From: Candidatus Levyibacteriota bacterium
Lineage (GTDB): Bacteria; Patescibacteriota; Microgenomatia; Levybacterales; UBA12049
Assembly: GCA_029260905.1 (NCBI GenBank)
Contig: JAJDCH010000014.1
Span: 24,129-88,128, forward strand
Length of the DNA: 64,000 nucleotides
Direction: 5' to 3'
Both the position numbers and the translations under genes were made by a program. Below, piece after piece: positions 48,709 to 59,075 of the stretch (positions within the stretch are counted from its first letter, which is position 1; every line of letters begins with the position of its first letter). The notes beneath the pieces were generated by a model that ran no database searches, was not told the DNA's origin, and saw only the letters and a list, made by a program, of their open reading frames with translations.

Positions 48709-48729
48709 AAAATCAGTGATTTATATTTA

Positions 48730-49788
48730 CTATTCCCCCTTTTTTTGGTATTCAGGTCTTAGTTTTCTAACTTCAATTCCTGTTTGCCACATTTCACTAT
48801 TATGAATTTGATCAAGCTCGACTTGTAATTTTTCACGATAATCTGACTGACTGTTCTTTTTTATAGTTCGTTCGGCTTCTTTTCCTGTTTTGACACTCTT
48901 ATAAAGGTCTTTAAATACAGGTAAGCTTGCATCTCTAAATTTATTTTTCCAATCAAGCGCGCCTCTTTGCGCTGTTGTTGAGCAATTAGCAAACATCCAA
49001 TCCATGCCATTTTCTCCAATTAATGGGATGAGGCTTTGCGTTGCCTCTTCTACAGTTTCGTTAAACGCCTCCGATGGTGTGTGACCATTTTTACGAAGCA
49101 CGCTGTATTGCGCCTCCATTATTCCAGCAATTGCACCCATCAAAACTCCTCTTTCTCCTGTCAAATCACTATAAACTTCTTTTTTAAATGTGGTAGGAAA
49201 AAGAAAGCCTGATCCTATACCAATTCCAATTGCTTTTGCGGTTTCTTCTGCTTTTTTGCTTGGATTTTGATAAACAGCAAAGCTTGAGTTTATGCCTCGA
49301 CCTTCAAGAAAAATTTTCCTTACAGTTTTACCTGAGCCCTTGGGCGCAACCAAAATGACATCTACGTCTTTTGGTGGAACAATTCCAGTTTGCAATGAAA
49401 ATGTAACTCCAAATCCGTGAGAAAAATATAAAGTTTTACCTTTTTTCAAATATTTTTTAACAGTTGGCCAAATTTTTATTTGCGCAGCATCTGAAAGAAG
49501 ATAACAAATAATATCACCTTTTTCACATGCCTTATCAATTTCAAAAAGAGTTTTGCCTTCAACCCATTTGTCCAAAATTGCCTTTTTCCACGACTTTGAT
49601 TTTTTTCTCTGACCTACTATTACATTAAACCCATTATCACGAAGATTTAGAGCTTGTGCAGGACCTTGAACACCATATCCAATAACTGCGATTGTTTTAT
49701 TTTTTAATACTTTTTTTGATTTTTTGAGTGTAAATTCAGAGCGTGTAACCACTTCTTCTCTTACTCCTCCAAAATTTATTTTTGCCAT
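48730..49788 (-). CDS. ilvC: Ketol-acid reductoisomerase
   Basis: IGYGVQG, SHGF, APKG, SDLTGERG and CSTTAQRG motifs. Confidence 0.96.
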   Translation of the reverse strand: MAKINFGGVREEVVTRSEFTLKKSKKVLKNKTIAVIGYGVQGPAQALNLRDNGFNVIVGQRKKSKSWKKAILDKWVEGKTLFEIDKACEKGDIICYLLSDAAQIKIWPTVKKYLKKGKTLYFSHGFGVTFSLQTGIVPPKDVDVILVAPKGSGKTVRKIFLEGRGINSSFAVYQNPSKKAEETAKAIGIGIGSGFLFPTTFKKEVYSDLTGERGVLMGAIAGIMEAQYSVLRKNGHTPSEAFNETVEEATQSLIPLIGENGMDWMFANCSTTAQRGALDWKNKFRDASLPVFKDLYKSVKTGKEAERTIKKNSQSDYREKLQVELDQIHNSEMWQTGIEVRKLRPEYQKKGE

Positions 49789-49816
49789 ATGTTTATATTA
49801 TCACCTCCTATCACCC

Positions 49817-50284
49817 TTAATTCATCAAAGCTATTCTACCAGATCTGACATATTCCAATATACCAAATGTTCTTAGTTTTTCCGATAATTTATTAATTGC
49901 TTCTTCTGTACCAGATAATTCAACAATGAAACTATTTTTTTTCTTAGATATAATCTTAGCCTTTTGATCTTTTATAATTTTTTCAATTTTTTCAGGTGTT
50001 TTTTTTGCATTTACTTTTATCAGAGCTATTTCTCGATAGACAATCTTATCATTGGTGGTGTTTATGACATCTATAACTTCAATTATTTTATTTAGTTGAT
50101 TAATTCCTTTTTGAAGAGTTTTAATATTTGCATCAATTACAACTGTAAATCGCGACATATTTTTTTCTTCAATTTTTGAAACAGTAAGACTTTCAATGTT
50201 TATTTTTCTTTTTAGAAAAACATCTGCAATTCTGTACAAAATTCCATGTTTATTTTCTGTAAATACAATAACAGTATTAAGCAT
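49817..50284 (-). CDS. ilvN: Acetolactate synthase small (ACT) subunit
   Basis: ENKHGIL.RI...F..R.INIESL, RE.ALIK and RSG motifs. Confidence 0.92.
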   Translation of the reverse strand: MLNTVIVFTENKHGILYRIADVFLKRKINIESLTVSKIEEKNMSRFTVVIDANIKTLQKGINQLNKIIEVIDVINTTNDKIVYREIALIKVNAKKTPEKIEKIIKDQKAKIISKKKNSFIVELSGTEEAINKLSEKLRTFGILEYVRSGRIALMN

Positions 50285-50287
50285 AAT

Positions 50288-51973
50288 TTACTCCAATCTT
50301 ATTTCATCAACAGCTGCACCACTTGGAATCATGGGAAAGATATTTTCTTCTTTTCTTACCTTTACTTCCAGCACATAAGGTTTTTTAGAATCAAGCATTT
50401 TATCAAGTTCTTTGCTTAATTTTTCTCTTTTTTCAACCCTCTCACCATCAACAAAAAATCCTTTACAAACTTTAATAAAGTCAGGGTTTTTAAGATCAAC
50501 AAATGAATATCTATTGTCAAAAAACAGCTCTTGCCACTGTCTTACCATCCCTAAAAAATTATTATTAAGAATAATTACTTTAACTGGAATTTGTTCTTGG
50601 GCAAGAGTGGCCAATTCCTGAATGTTCATCTGAAAACCTCCATCCCCAATTACTGCAACAACTTCTCTTTCAGGTTTTGCAAATTTTGCCCCAATTGCTG
50701 CAGGAAGCGCAAAACCCATGGTGCCAAGACCACCTGATGTAATAAAGCTATCTGTTTTTTGCGCTTTATAATATCTGGCTGCTACCATTTGGTGCTGCCC
50801 AACATCTGCAACAATTACAGCCTCTCCCTTTGTTTTTAGCGATAGCATGTGAATTACCTCAGCCATTGTAATCTTACCTGATTTGGGATGTGTTTCATGA
50901 GTAATGATTTTCTGATGTTCTTTTTTATAACAATCATTAAATTTCTTAACCCATGCAGTATGATTATTTTTCTTGACCATTGGATAAAGACCAGTTAACG
51001 CCTTTTTAGCATCAGCAACAATTGCTATATCTGCATTTACATTCTTGGAAAGCTCAGCAGGATCTATGTCAACATGAATAATCTTTGCATTTTTTGCATA
51101 ATCAGATACTCTTCCAGTCACTCTGTCATCAAATCTCATCCCCACTGCTAGTATTGCATCAGCTTCATTTGTGAGAAGATTTGGGCCATAATTTCCATGC
51201 ATTCCAAGCATCCCCATATACAATGGATGATTTGATGAAAGAGCAGAAAGGCCGTGAAGTGTTGAAGCAGTTGGTATTCCTGTTTTTTCAATAAACTTAA
51301 CAAGTGCTTCTTCAGCTTTTGAAATAAGTATTCCATGACCAATCAGCATAAGTGGTTTTTTTGCTGAATTTAAAATATTTGAGGCCTCTTTTAGCTTGTT
51401 TGGTTCAGGCTCAGGTATAGATTTATATCCAATTATTTTGGGATTTTGTTTATAGAAATAGTTAAATGACTCAATTTGTGCATTTTTTGTAATATCAATA
51501 AGAACCGGTCCGGGACGATTGGTTGATGCGATATGAAAGGCTTTTGCAAAAACCTCAGGTATTTCCTCAGCTTTTGTTATCTGGTAATTCCATTTAGTAA
51601 TAGGTGCAGTTATGCCTATTACATCTGCTTCCTGAAATGCGTCCGATCCTATTAGATGTGCCGCAACTTGTCCGCTTATGCAAACAATTGGTACAGAATC
51701 AAGCATTGCATCAGTTATTGCAGTGACCAAATTTGTTGCTCCTGGCCCAGATGTAACTAGCGCAACTCCTGGTCTACCAGTAAGTCTTGCGTAGCCTTCT
51801 GCTGCGTGCCCAGCACCTTGTTCGTGACGGACAAGCACATGATGGATCTTGTTTCTGTAGTCATATAAAGCATCATAAACAGGCATGATAGCGCCTCCGG
51901 GATAGCCAAAAATTGTATCAACCCCTTCGTTGACCAGTGATTCCATTACTGCTTTTGAACCATTTATTTTCAT
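50288..51973 (-). CDS. ilvB: Acetolactate synthase large subunit
   Basis: FGYPGG, RHEQ, TSGPGATN, RFDDR and GDG...NN motifs. Confidence 0.97.
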   Translation of the reverse strand: MKINGSKAVMESLVNEGVDTIFGYPGGAIMPVYDALYDYRNKIHHVLVRHEQGAGHAAEGYARLTGRPGVALVTSGPGATNLVTAITDAMLDSVPIVCISGQVAAHLIGSDAFQEADVIGITAPITKWNYQITKAEEIPEVFAKAFHIASTNRPGPVLIDITKNAQIESFNYFYKQNPKIIGYKSIPEPEPNKLKEASNILNSAKKPLMLIGHGILISKAEEALVKFIEKTGIPTASTLHGLSALSSNHPLYMGMLGMHGNYGPNLLTNEADAILAVGMRFDDRVTGRVSDYAKNAKIIHVDIDPAELSKNVNADIAIVADAKKALTGLYPMVKKNNHTAWVKKFNDCYKKEHQKIITHETHPKSGKITMAEVIHMLSLKTKGEAVIVADVGQHQMVAARYYKAQKTDSFITSGGLGTMGFALPAAIGAKFAKPEREVVAVIGDGGFQMNIQELATLAQEQIPVKVIILNNNFLGMVRQWQELFFDNRYSFVDLKNPDFIKVCKGFFVDGERVEKREKLSKELDKMLDSKKPYVLEVKVRKEENIFPMIPSGAAVDEIRLE

Positions 51974-51988
51974 AAAGCCTTTATAATC

Positions 51989-52035
51989 AAAAACCCGCCT
52001 TCCGCGGGTGTTTTTGTCATGTTGGACAACACCCG
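51989..52035 (-). terminator. ilv attenuator terminator/antiterminator
   Basis: ACCCGC-GGAAG-GCGGGT followed by a T-run. Upstream CGGGTGT (52035-52029) can pair with ACACCCG (52011-52005). Confidence 0.8.
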
Positions 52036-52036
52036 A

Positions 52037-52081
52037 TTAGGGGGTAACTTCAACAACAATGACAAGACCTGTTCTATACAT
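52037..52081 (-). CDS. ilv operon leader peptide MYRTGLVIVVEVTP
   Basis: 14 codons with a Leu-Val-Ile-Val-Val-Glu-Val run, lying between the promoter and the terminator. Confidence 0.8.
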   Translation of the reverse strand: MYRTGLVIVVEVTP

Positions 52082-52098
52082 AATTTATTATTAAGGGT

Positions 52099-52172
52099 AT
52101 AGTAGCACCAACATGATTTTTTTTCAATAGTTTTTATTTACTTGTTGACGGATATTTTTCATGTGATATACT
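52099..52172. promoter_or_regulatory. Divergent sigma70 promoters for the ilv (-) and leu (+) operons
   Basis: Minus strand: TTGAAA-17-TACTAT (52127-52099). Plus strand: TTGACG-16-TATACT (52145-52172). Both have TGn. Confidence 0.7.
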
Positions 52173-52179
52173 CACAGTA

Positions 52180-52224
52180 ATGAATAGCAAAAACCTTCTT
52201 AATCTACTTCTTCTTACCGTTTAG
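52180..52224 (+). CDS. leu operon leader peptide MNSKNLLNLLLLTV
   Basis: 14 codons including six Leu codons (5 CTT, 1 CTA), directly upstream of the attenuator. Confidence 0.85.
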   Translation: MNSKNLLNLLLLTV

Positions 52225-52279
52225 GCGGGAAGTTCGTATGTTGAGAAACGAGCAGAACCCGCCGAAAGGCGGTTTTTTT
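52224..52279 (+). terminator. leu attenuator antiterminator/terminator
   Basis: CCGCC-GAAA-GGCGG followed by T7 (52259-52279). GGCGGG (52224-52229) can pair with CCCGCC (52258-52263). Confidence 0.85.
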
Positions 52280-52315
52280 GTGCAAGTAAATTGTGATGTA
52301 TAATTTATTTAGTTT

Positions 52316-53806
52316 ATGAAAAATAGAATTTTTATTTTTGATACAACATTAAGAGATGGCGAGCAGGTTCCAGGTTGTCAGTTAAATACAGTAGAAAAAA
52401 TAGAAGTTGCCAAAAATTTAGAAAATTTAGGTGTTGATATTATAGAAGCAGGTTTTCCTATTTCAAGCCCGGGGGATCTTAAATCAGTTCAAGAAATTAC
52501 AAAAGTTATTAAAAAACCAGTTATTGCTGCTTTATCAAGAGCAATTAAGGGAGATATAGATGCTGCAGTAGAATCTTTGAAATTTGCTAAGAGAAAGAGA
52601 ATCCATACATTTATAAGCAGTTCTGATATTCATATTATTCATCAATTTAAATCAACCAGGGAAAAAATAACTGAACAAGCAGTTGAAGCTATAAAATACG
52701 CTAAAAAATATGCAGAAGATGTGGAGTTCTCAGCTATGGATGCAGGAAGAACTGAAAACAAATTTTTAGCTTACTTTATAGCACAAGCTATAAAGGCTGG
52801 CGCAACAACAGTAAATATTCCTGACACAACCGGATATTGTCTTCCATCTGAGTTTGGCGCTAAAATTAAGTATCTATTTAATAATGTGCCTGGGATTGAA
52901 GATGTGATCGTTGCTGTTCATTGTCATAATGACTTGGGGATGGCGACAGCAAATAGTATTGCAGCTGTTCAAAATGGAGCAAGACAACTGGAAGTGACAG
53001 TAAATGGAGTTGGGGAAAGGGCTGGCAACACTGCTCTTGAAGAGGTAGTGATGGTCTTAAAAACCAGAGAGGATCTAAATACAGAGACAAATATAAATAC
53101 ACAAAGAATTTATCCGATCAGTAGACTTGTATCAGGTCTTATGAAAATGCCTGTTCAGGCCAATAAGGCTATTGTTGGAAGAAATGCATTTGCTCATTCA
53201 TCAGGAATCCACCAAAATGGAATCTTAAAAAATAGACTCACCTATGAAATTATCAGCCCTCAGGAAGTTGGAATCAAAGAATCATCTCTTGCTTTAACAG
53301 CAAGATCTGGAAGAGCAGCACTTGCTCATCATTTGAAAAGACTGGGCTTTAAGACAACACCACAAAAACTAGATCAGATTTATCAACAATTTCTTGTAGT
53401 TGCAGACAAGAAAAAAGAAATAAATGATAATGATTTAAGAATGCTGATGGGTCAATCTGCAAGTGAGACCGGTGCTAAAATAGTTTCAATTGAAGTTACA
53501 GGTGGTTTTCCAGCCAAGCCACATGCAACTGTAACTCTTTCTATTAAGAATAAAATAATAACACAAAAAGCAGATGGAAACGGGCCAGTAAATGCTGCTT
53601 TTTTAGCAATTGACAAAATAATAAAAAAGGAAAATAAACTTGAAGAATACCTGGTTCAGGCAGTAACAAGGGGAATAGATGACTTTGCCAAGGTGCATGT
53701 TCAAATTGATTACAAAGGAGTTGTCTACTATGGATTGGGAGTTGATACAGATGTAATTGTTGCATCAGTAAAAGCATATCTTGATGTACTTAATAAGTTA
53801 AAATGA
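52316..53806 (+). CDS. leuA: 2-isopropylmalate synthase
   Basis: [30 protein letters not shown] and GNGPV motifs. Confidence 0.97.
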   Translation: MKNRIFIFDTTLRDGEQVPGCQLNTVEKIEVAKNLENLGVDIIEAGFPISSPGDLKSVQEITKVIKKPVIAALSRAIKGDIDAAVESLKFAKRKRIHTFISSSDIHIIHQFKSTREKITEQAVEAIKYAKKYAEDVEFSAMDAGRTENKFLAYFIAQAIKAGATTVNIPDTTGYCLPSEFGAKIKYLFNNVPGIEDVIVAVHCHNDLGMATANSIAAVQNGARQLEVTVNGVGERAGNTALEEVVMVLKTREDLNTETNINTQRIYPISRLVSGLMKMPVQANKAIVGRNAFAHSSGIHQNGILKNRLTYEIISPQEVGIKESSLALTARSGRAALAHHLKRLGFKTTPQKLDQIYQQFLVVADKKKEINDNDLRMLMGQSASETGAKIVSIEVTGGFPAKPHATVTLSIKNKIITQKADGNGPVNAAFLAIDKIIKKENKLEEYLVQAVTRGIDDFAKVHVQIDYKGVVYYGLGVDTDVIVASVKAYLDVLNKLK

Positions 53807-55227
53807 AATTCGATAAACCAAAAACACTTTTTGAAAAAATTTGGGATAGTCATGTTGTTTATCAAAAAGATGGCTATCCTGCTGTTTTATATATAGACAC
53901 CCATCTTATTCACGAAGTCACAAGCCCTCAGGCATTTGAAGGTCTTCGAAAAAGAGGCGTAAAGGTCTATGATACCAATAAAACTTGGGCAACAATGGAT
54001 CACAATGTCCCAACTAAGGATCAAGATAAGATAATTAAAGAACCAATGTCTAGAAAACAGGTTGAAATGCTTAGAACCAATTGTGAAGAGTTCAGTGTCA
54101 GACTTTTTGGACTTGGACATCCATTTCAAGGGATAGTTCATATTATCGGACCTGAGCTGGGAATTACCCAACCAGGTATGACCATTGTCTGCGGAGACAG
54201 CCATACTTCAACACACGGAGCGTTTGGGACAATTGCTTTTGGAATAGGAACAAGCGAGGTTGAGCAAGTTTTGGCAACTCAAACAATTCTTCAGTACAAA
54301 CCAAAAACAATGAACATAAGAATAGATGGCATGCTTGGTCAAGGTGTAAGCTCAAAAGATATTATTCTTTATATTATCTCAAAAATCTCAACATCTGGTG
54401 GAACAGGATACTTTGTTGAATACACAGGAACAGCAATTGAAAATCTTTCAATGGAAGCACGCATGACAATATGTAACATGAGTATAGAAATGGGCGCAAG
54501 AGGCGGTCTTATCGCCCCTGATCAGACAACATTTGATTACATAAAAAGGCGTAAATTTGCGCCAAAAGGCAAAGATTGGGATAAAAAGATTGAAAAATGG
54601 AAAAAACTTACAACAGATAAAAACGCTAAGTATGATAAAGAGCTCTTTTTTGACGCTGCTGAAATAGAACCCATGATTACATACGGTACAAATCCGGGAA
54701 TGGGGATGGGTATTACAGGTACAATTCCATCTGTTGATGATTATGAAACTCAATCACAAAAAGACAATTTTCTTAAAGCAATGGAATATATGGGATTAAC
54801 AGACAAGCAAGGGTCAAAATTGCTTGGAAAAAAAGTTGATTATGTGTTTTTGGGTTCTTGTACCAATTCAAGAATTGAGGATTTTAGAAAAATTGCCAAA
54901 ATAGTAAAAAACAAGAAGAAACCAGATTGGCTTCATGTTTTTGTAGTTCCAGGATCTGCACAAGTTGTTAAGCAAATTGAAAAAGAGGGGTTAGATAAAA
55001 TATTTACTGATGCGGGATTTGACATGAGAGGCGCTGGATGTTCTGCGTGTCTTGGAATGAATGAAGACAAAATACCAGCTGGTAAATACTGCGTTTCTAC
55101 ATCCAATCGAAATTTTCAGGGCAGGCAAGGGCCAGGTGCGAGAACTTTTCTTGCAAGCCCGATGACTGCAGCAGCTGCAGCAATTACAGGAAAAGTAAGT
55201 GATGTAAGAAAATTTTTAAAGTTATGA
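53803..55227 (+). CDS. leuC: 3-isopropylmalate dehydratase large subunit
   Basis: [26 protein letters not shown] and STSNRNF motifs. Confidence 0.98.
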   Translation: MKFDKPKTLFEKIWDSHVVYQKDGYPAVLYIDTHLIHEVTSPQAFEGLRKRGVKVYDTNKTWATMDHNVPTKDQDKIIKEPMSRKQVEMLRTNCEEFSVRLFGLGHPFQGIVHIIGPELGITQPGMTIVCGDSHTSTHGAFGTIAFGIGTSEVEQVLATQTILQYKPKTMNIRIDGMLGQGVSSKDIILYIISKISTSGGTGYFVEYTGTAIENLSMEARMTICNMSIEMGARGGLIAPDQTTFDYIKRRKFAPKGKDWDKKIEKWKKLTTDKNAKYDKELFFDAAEIEPMITYGTNPGMGMGITGTIPSVDDYETQSQKDNFLKAMEYMGLTDKQGSKLLGKKVDYVFLGSCTNSRIEDFRKIAKIVKNKKKPDWLHVFVVPGSAQVVKQIEKEGLDKIFTDAGFDMRGAGCSACLGMNEDKIPAGKYCVSTSNRNFQGRQGPGARTFLASPMTAAAAAITGKVSDVRKFLKL

Positions 55228-55817
55228 AAAAAAAGTTACTCAATAAAATTGTTTCAACTGCAGTTCCACTTGATATGGAAGATGTTGACACAGATCAGAT
55301 TATTCCTGCGCGATTTTTAAAAAGCATAGGAAGAGATGGGTTTGGTTTGAATGTATTTAGAGATTGGCGCTATGATCCTGAGGGCAATCCCAAACCTCAC
55401 TTCATTCTCAATCACCCGCAATACAAAGGAGAGATATTGATAGCAGGAAATAATTTTGGTTGTGGATCAAGCAGAGAACACGCTGCTTGGGCCTTATCTG
55501 ATTATGGATTTAAAGTCGTTGTTTCAAGCTTTTTTGCTGATATTTTTAAAAACAATGCTCTTAACAACACCCTACTTCCAGTACAAGTTAGCAATAAATT
55601 TCTAAGAAAATTATTTGCTGAAGTTAATAAAAATCATCAAACAATAATTGAAGTGGATATTGAAAAACAAACAATAAGTATTCCAAAAAAAAACCTGAGT
55701 GAATTTTTTGAAATAAATCCTTATAAAAAAATTTGCGTGATCAATGGATATGATGATGTAGATTATTTAATCAGTATGAAAGAAAAAATAGCTGATTTTG
55801 AAAAGAAATATGAATAA
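55224..55817 (+). CDS. leuD: 3-isopropylmalate dehydratase small subunit
   Basis: [11 protein letters not shown] and [11 protein letters not shown] motifs. Confidence 0.98.
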   Translation: MKKKLLNKIVSTAVPLDMEDVDTDQIIPARFLKSIGRDGFGLNVFRDWRYDPEGNPKPHFILNHPQYKGEILIAGNNFGCGSSREHAAWALSDYGFKVVVSSFFADIFKNNALNNTLLPVQVSNKFLRKLFAEVNKNHQTIIEVDIEKQTISIPKKNLSEFFEINPYKKICVINGYDDVDYLISMKEKIADFEKKYE

Positions 55818-56865
55818 AAAAATTGCTGTACTGGCGGGAGATGGAATAGGGCCAGAAATAACAAAAGAGGCTATAAATGTACTAAAAAAGGTAGCAGATA
55901 AATTTGGGCATCAGTTTGACTTCAGACAAGGGCTTGTTGGAGGAGTAGCAATTGATCAGACAAAAAACCCTTTTCCAGGTGAAACGCTTAAGCTTTGTCT
56001 TGACTCAGATGCTATTCTTTTTGGCGCAATTGGTGATCCAAAATATGATAATGACCCAACTGCAAGGATAAGACCAGAACAAGGACTTCTTGCTATGCGA
56101 AAAGAGCTTGGTCTTTATGCCAACATCAGACCTGTTTTTGTATTCAAAAGCTTACTTGATAGATCTCCTCTGAAAAAAGAAATTGTAGATGGAGTTGATT
56201 TTGTAGTTGTGAGGGAGCTGATAAGCGGCATATATTTTGGAGAAAGAGGAAGAAGTAATGATAATAAATCAGCCTTTGACACATCAGAATATAGCGTTGA
56301 TGAAATAGCAAGAATTGCAAAAGTGGGATTTGAAATGGCTGGGAAAAGAAGGAAAAAATTAACTGTTGTTGATAAAGCAAATGTGCTTGAAACATCCCGT
56401 CTTTGGCGAGAGACAATTCAAAATATGGAAAAAGATTATAGTGATATTGAAGTTGAGTATATGTTTGTTGATAATGCAGCGCAACAAATTATCAAAAACC
56501 CAACCAGGTTTGATGTAATAGTAACAGAAAATATGTTTGGTGATATTTTGACTGATGAGGCATCTGTGATAAGTGGATCTCTTGGTATGCTGCCGTCTGC
56601 ATCGCTTGGACTAAAGACATCTCTTTTTGAACCAATTCATGGATCTTTTCCAAAAGCAGCAGGTCAAAACATCGCAAATCCTACAGGAATCATCTTGTCT
56701 GCTGCTATGCTTCTCGAAGAAGCATTTGAGATGGTTGAGGAAGGAGCAGTGATCAGAAATGCTGTACAAAAAGTGCTTGATGATGGTTTTGGAACAAGAG
56801 ACATAGCAACTAAAAAAGTTATGGGTACAAAAGAATTCGGACAAAAAATAGTTGGAGCTTTATAA
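55810..56865 (+). CDS. leuB: 3-isopropylmalate dehydrogenase
   Basis: [25 protein letters not shown] and EPIHGS motifs. Confidence 0.98.
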   Translation: MNKKIAVLAGDGIGPEITKEAINVLKKVADKFGHQFDFRQGLVGGVAIDQTKNPFPGETLKLCLDSDAILFGAIGDPKYDNDPTARIRPEQGLLAMRKELGLYANIRPVFVFKSLLDRSPLKKEIVDGVDFVVVRELISGIYFGERGRSNDNKSAFDTSEYSVDEIARIAKVGFEMAGKRRKKLTVVDKANVLETSRLWRETIQNMEKDYSDIEVEYMFVDNAAQQIIKNPTRFDVIVTENMFGDILTDEASVISGSLGMLPSASLGLKTSLFEPIHGSFPKAAGQNIANPTGIILSAAMLLEEAFEMVEEGAVIRNAVQKVLDDGFGTRDIATKKVMGTKEFGQKIVGAL

Positions 56866-56870
56866 AGATT

Positions 56871-57260
56871 TTATTTTAAATGTTTTTGAAAAGTTGTGAA
56901 AACAAGTAGGGCGCATTTGGTTCGAGCTGGGGTAAGGGTTATTCCCAATTCTTCCAGAGCATCTTTAGGTTTTAAACTTCTTATTTTTTTAATCTTCTCC
57001 CCTTTTATTTTTTCAAGAAAAAGCGATGCTGATGCTTTTGAGATTGCACAACCCGTACTTTCAAATGCAACATCAGTCAAAACACCCTTTTTAACAACAG
57101 CTGTTATTTCTATCTGATCTCCACAAACTGGATTGTGCCCAACTGATTTAATATCAGGACTTTTTATTTTCCCATAATTTAAAGGATTTTCCCAATGATC
57201 AAGTACTAGTTCACGATATAAAGAATCATCATGATTATTTAGCTTTTTTACATTTGTCAT
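56871..57260 (-). CDS. sufU: SufU/IscU-type Fe-S scaffold or sulfur acceptor
   Basis: LYRELVLDH, NPVCGD, GCAISKAS and R.KCA motifs. Confidence 0.9.
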   Translation of the reverse strand: MTNVKKLNNHDDSLYRELVLDHWENPLNYGKIKSPDIKSVGHNPVCGDQIEITAVVKKGVLTDVAFESTGCAISKASASLFLEKIKGEKIKKIRSLKPKDALEELGITLTPARTKCALLVFTTFQKHLK

Positions 57261-57267
57261 GTTAGAT

Positions 57268-57302
57268 TTTCATAATTCCTAATTCATTATTCTTTATTCA
57301 TA
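57268..57302 (-). repeat. Degenerate heptamer tandem array
   Basis: Minus strand reads TATGAAT AAAGAAT AATGAAT TAGGAAT TATGAAA. Confidence 0.65.
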
Positions 57303-58509
57303 TCCTAAATACTTTTTTAACTTCTTTTATTCCAGCAAAAAGTCTGTCAATATCTTGTGTTGTATTATAAATATAAATTGATGCGCGAGTTGTTGATGAT
57401 ATGTTAAGTGCCTTCATCAAGACTTGTGCGCAGTGATGGCCTGATCTTACAGCAACACCAGACCGATTCAGAATCTCAGCCATATCATGCGAATGGATAT
57501 TTCCTACTGCAAATGAGAAAACACCAAGTCTTTGATCTGATTTATGAGATCCAAACAACTTAACTTTTTCTTCTTTTGCAAATTTTTTAAGCGTGTATTC
57601 TACAAGTTTTTTTTCATCTTTTTTTATTTTCTCAAAACCTATTTTTTCAATATAATCTATGGCTGCTCCAAGACCGATTACACCTTCAATATTTTTAGTA
57701 CCTGCTTCTAGCTTTTCAGGTATATCCGCAAGTTCAACAATTTCTTTGCTGACTGTTTTTATCATATGCCCACCAGTTATCACGGGACTCATATCGCTAA
57801 GAAGCTCTTTTTTTGCCCACAAAACACCAACTCCAGTTGGGCCAAGCATTTTATGAGATGAAAAAACAAGAAAATCGCAATTAAGTTTTTTAACATCAAT
57901 TTTTAAATGAGGAATAGACTGCGCAGCATCAATCAAAATCTTAGTATTGGGATTTTTTTTCTTAAAAAATAAAATTATTTCAGAAATTGGATTAACTGTC
58001 CCAAGTACATTTGACGCATGTGTAAGACTAACTAATTTTACTTTTTTAAAGTCAAGATCAATTGATTTGTAATCAAGATTTCCATCTTTTGTAACTGGAA
58101 TAAAAAATAATTTAATACCTATTCTTTGTTTTAAAATAAGCCAGGGAACGATATTGCTATGGTGCTCCATTTCAGACAAAACAACAATATCACCTTTTTT
58201 AAGATGTTTCCCAAAATACCCAATTGCTGCAAAATTTATTGCTTCAGTCGTGCCACTGGTAAAAATTATTTCATTTGAATCACTAGCTGATATAAAATCA
58301 ACAGCTTTTTTCCTGACATTCTCATACATTTCAGTTGCATCCTGACTGAGTGTATAAATTCCCCTGTGAATACTTGAATAATTTTTTTCATAAAAATCAG
58401 TTACAGCATCAATTACAACATTTGGCTTTTGCGTTGTTGCTGCGCTGTCAAGATAACACAAGTCAGGATTATTTTTAAAAATAGGAAAGTCTGATTTAAT
58501 ATTTATCAT
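57298..58509 (-). CDS. sufS: Cysteine desulfurase
   Basis: YLDSAATTQKP, EHHSN, SSHKMLGPTG and RSGHHCA motifs. Confidence 0.96.
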   Translation of the reverse strand: MINIKSDFPIFKNNPDLCYLDSAATTQKPNVVIDAVTDFYEKNYSSIHRGIYTLSQDATEMYENVRKKAVDFISASDSNEIIFTSGTTEAINFAAIGYFGKHLKKGDIVVLSEMEHHSNIVPWLILKQRIGIKLFFIPVTKDGNLDYKSIDLDFKKVKLVSLTHASNVLGTVNPISEIILFFKKKNPNTKILIDAAQSIPHLKIDVKKLNCDFLVFSSHKMLGPTGVGVLWAKKELLSDMSPVITGGHMIKTVSKEIVELADIPEKLEAGTKNIEGVIGLGAAIDYIEKIGFEKIKKDEKKLVEYTLKKFAKEEKVKLFGSHKSDQRLGVFSFAVGNIHSHDMAEILNRSGVAVRSGHHCAQVLMKALNISSTTRASIYIYNTTQDIDRLFAGIKEVKKVFRI

Positions 58510-59069
58510 AGACCAATGTTTAGTGCTGCTTCAGCTTTTTTGGAAAGCAAGAGCGGAAATTTATCAATCATTTCTCTTAAAAATCCCTGAATGATAAGCT
58601 CTTTTGCCTTTTTGTGAGATAAACCTCTTGACATTAGATAAAAAATTTCAAGATCATTGATTCTCCCAACAGTTGTTGCATGTCCTGCTTTTATATCATT
58701 TTCAAGTATTTCAAGACTAGGTATTGCCTTGCCTTTTGCTTTGTCTGAAAGAAGAAGGATATGCGCGGCCAGCCAGGTGTTTGTGCCAATTGAACCTTGA
58801 TTTATCTTCACAAGGCCATCTATTTCCACTTTTGCGTTATCAGTTAATGCGCTTTTTATAATTACATTACTTTTTGTTTGAGCTGCTTTGTGTTCAACCC
58901 GAACAGACAAAGAAAGACTTTGATTTTCTTTGCCAAGAAGAAGACCCATGAAATCAACTGATGAATTTGCACCAGTTAGTTTGATATCATAAGAAAGCTC
59001 TGTTTCTTTGCCAATCCACAAGATAGGAATAACTTTTTTTTCGTTGGCTTTTACAATAATTGTTTTCAT
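58506..59069 (-). CDS. sufD: Short SufD-like protein
   Basis: P.LEI....AGHATT.G......FYLMSRG motif. Confidence 0.85.
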   Translation of the reverse strand: MKTIIVKANEKKVIPILWIGKETELSYDIKLTGANSSVDFMGLLLGKENQSLSLSVRVEHKAAQTKSNVIIKSALTDNAKVEIDGLVKINQGSIGTNTWLAAHILLLSDKAKGKAIPSLEILENDIKAGHATTVGRINDLEIFYLMSRGLSHKKAKELIIQGFLREMIDKFPLLLSKKAEAALNIGL

Positions 59070-59075
59070 AACTTC

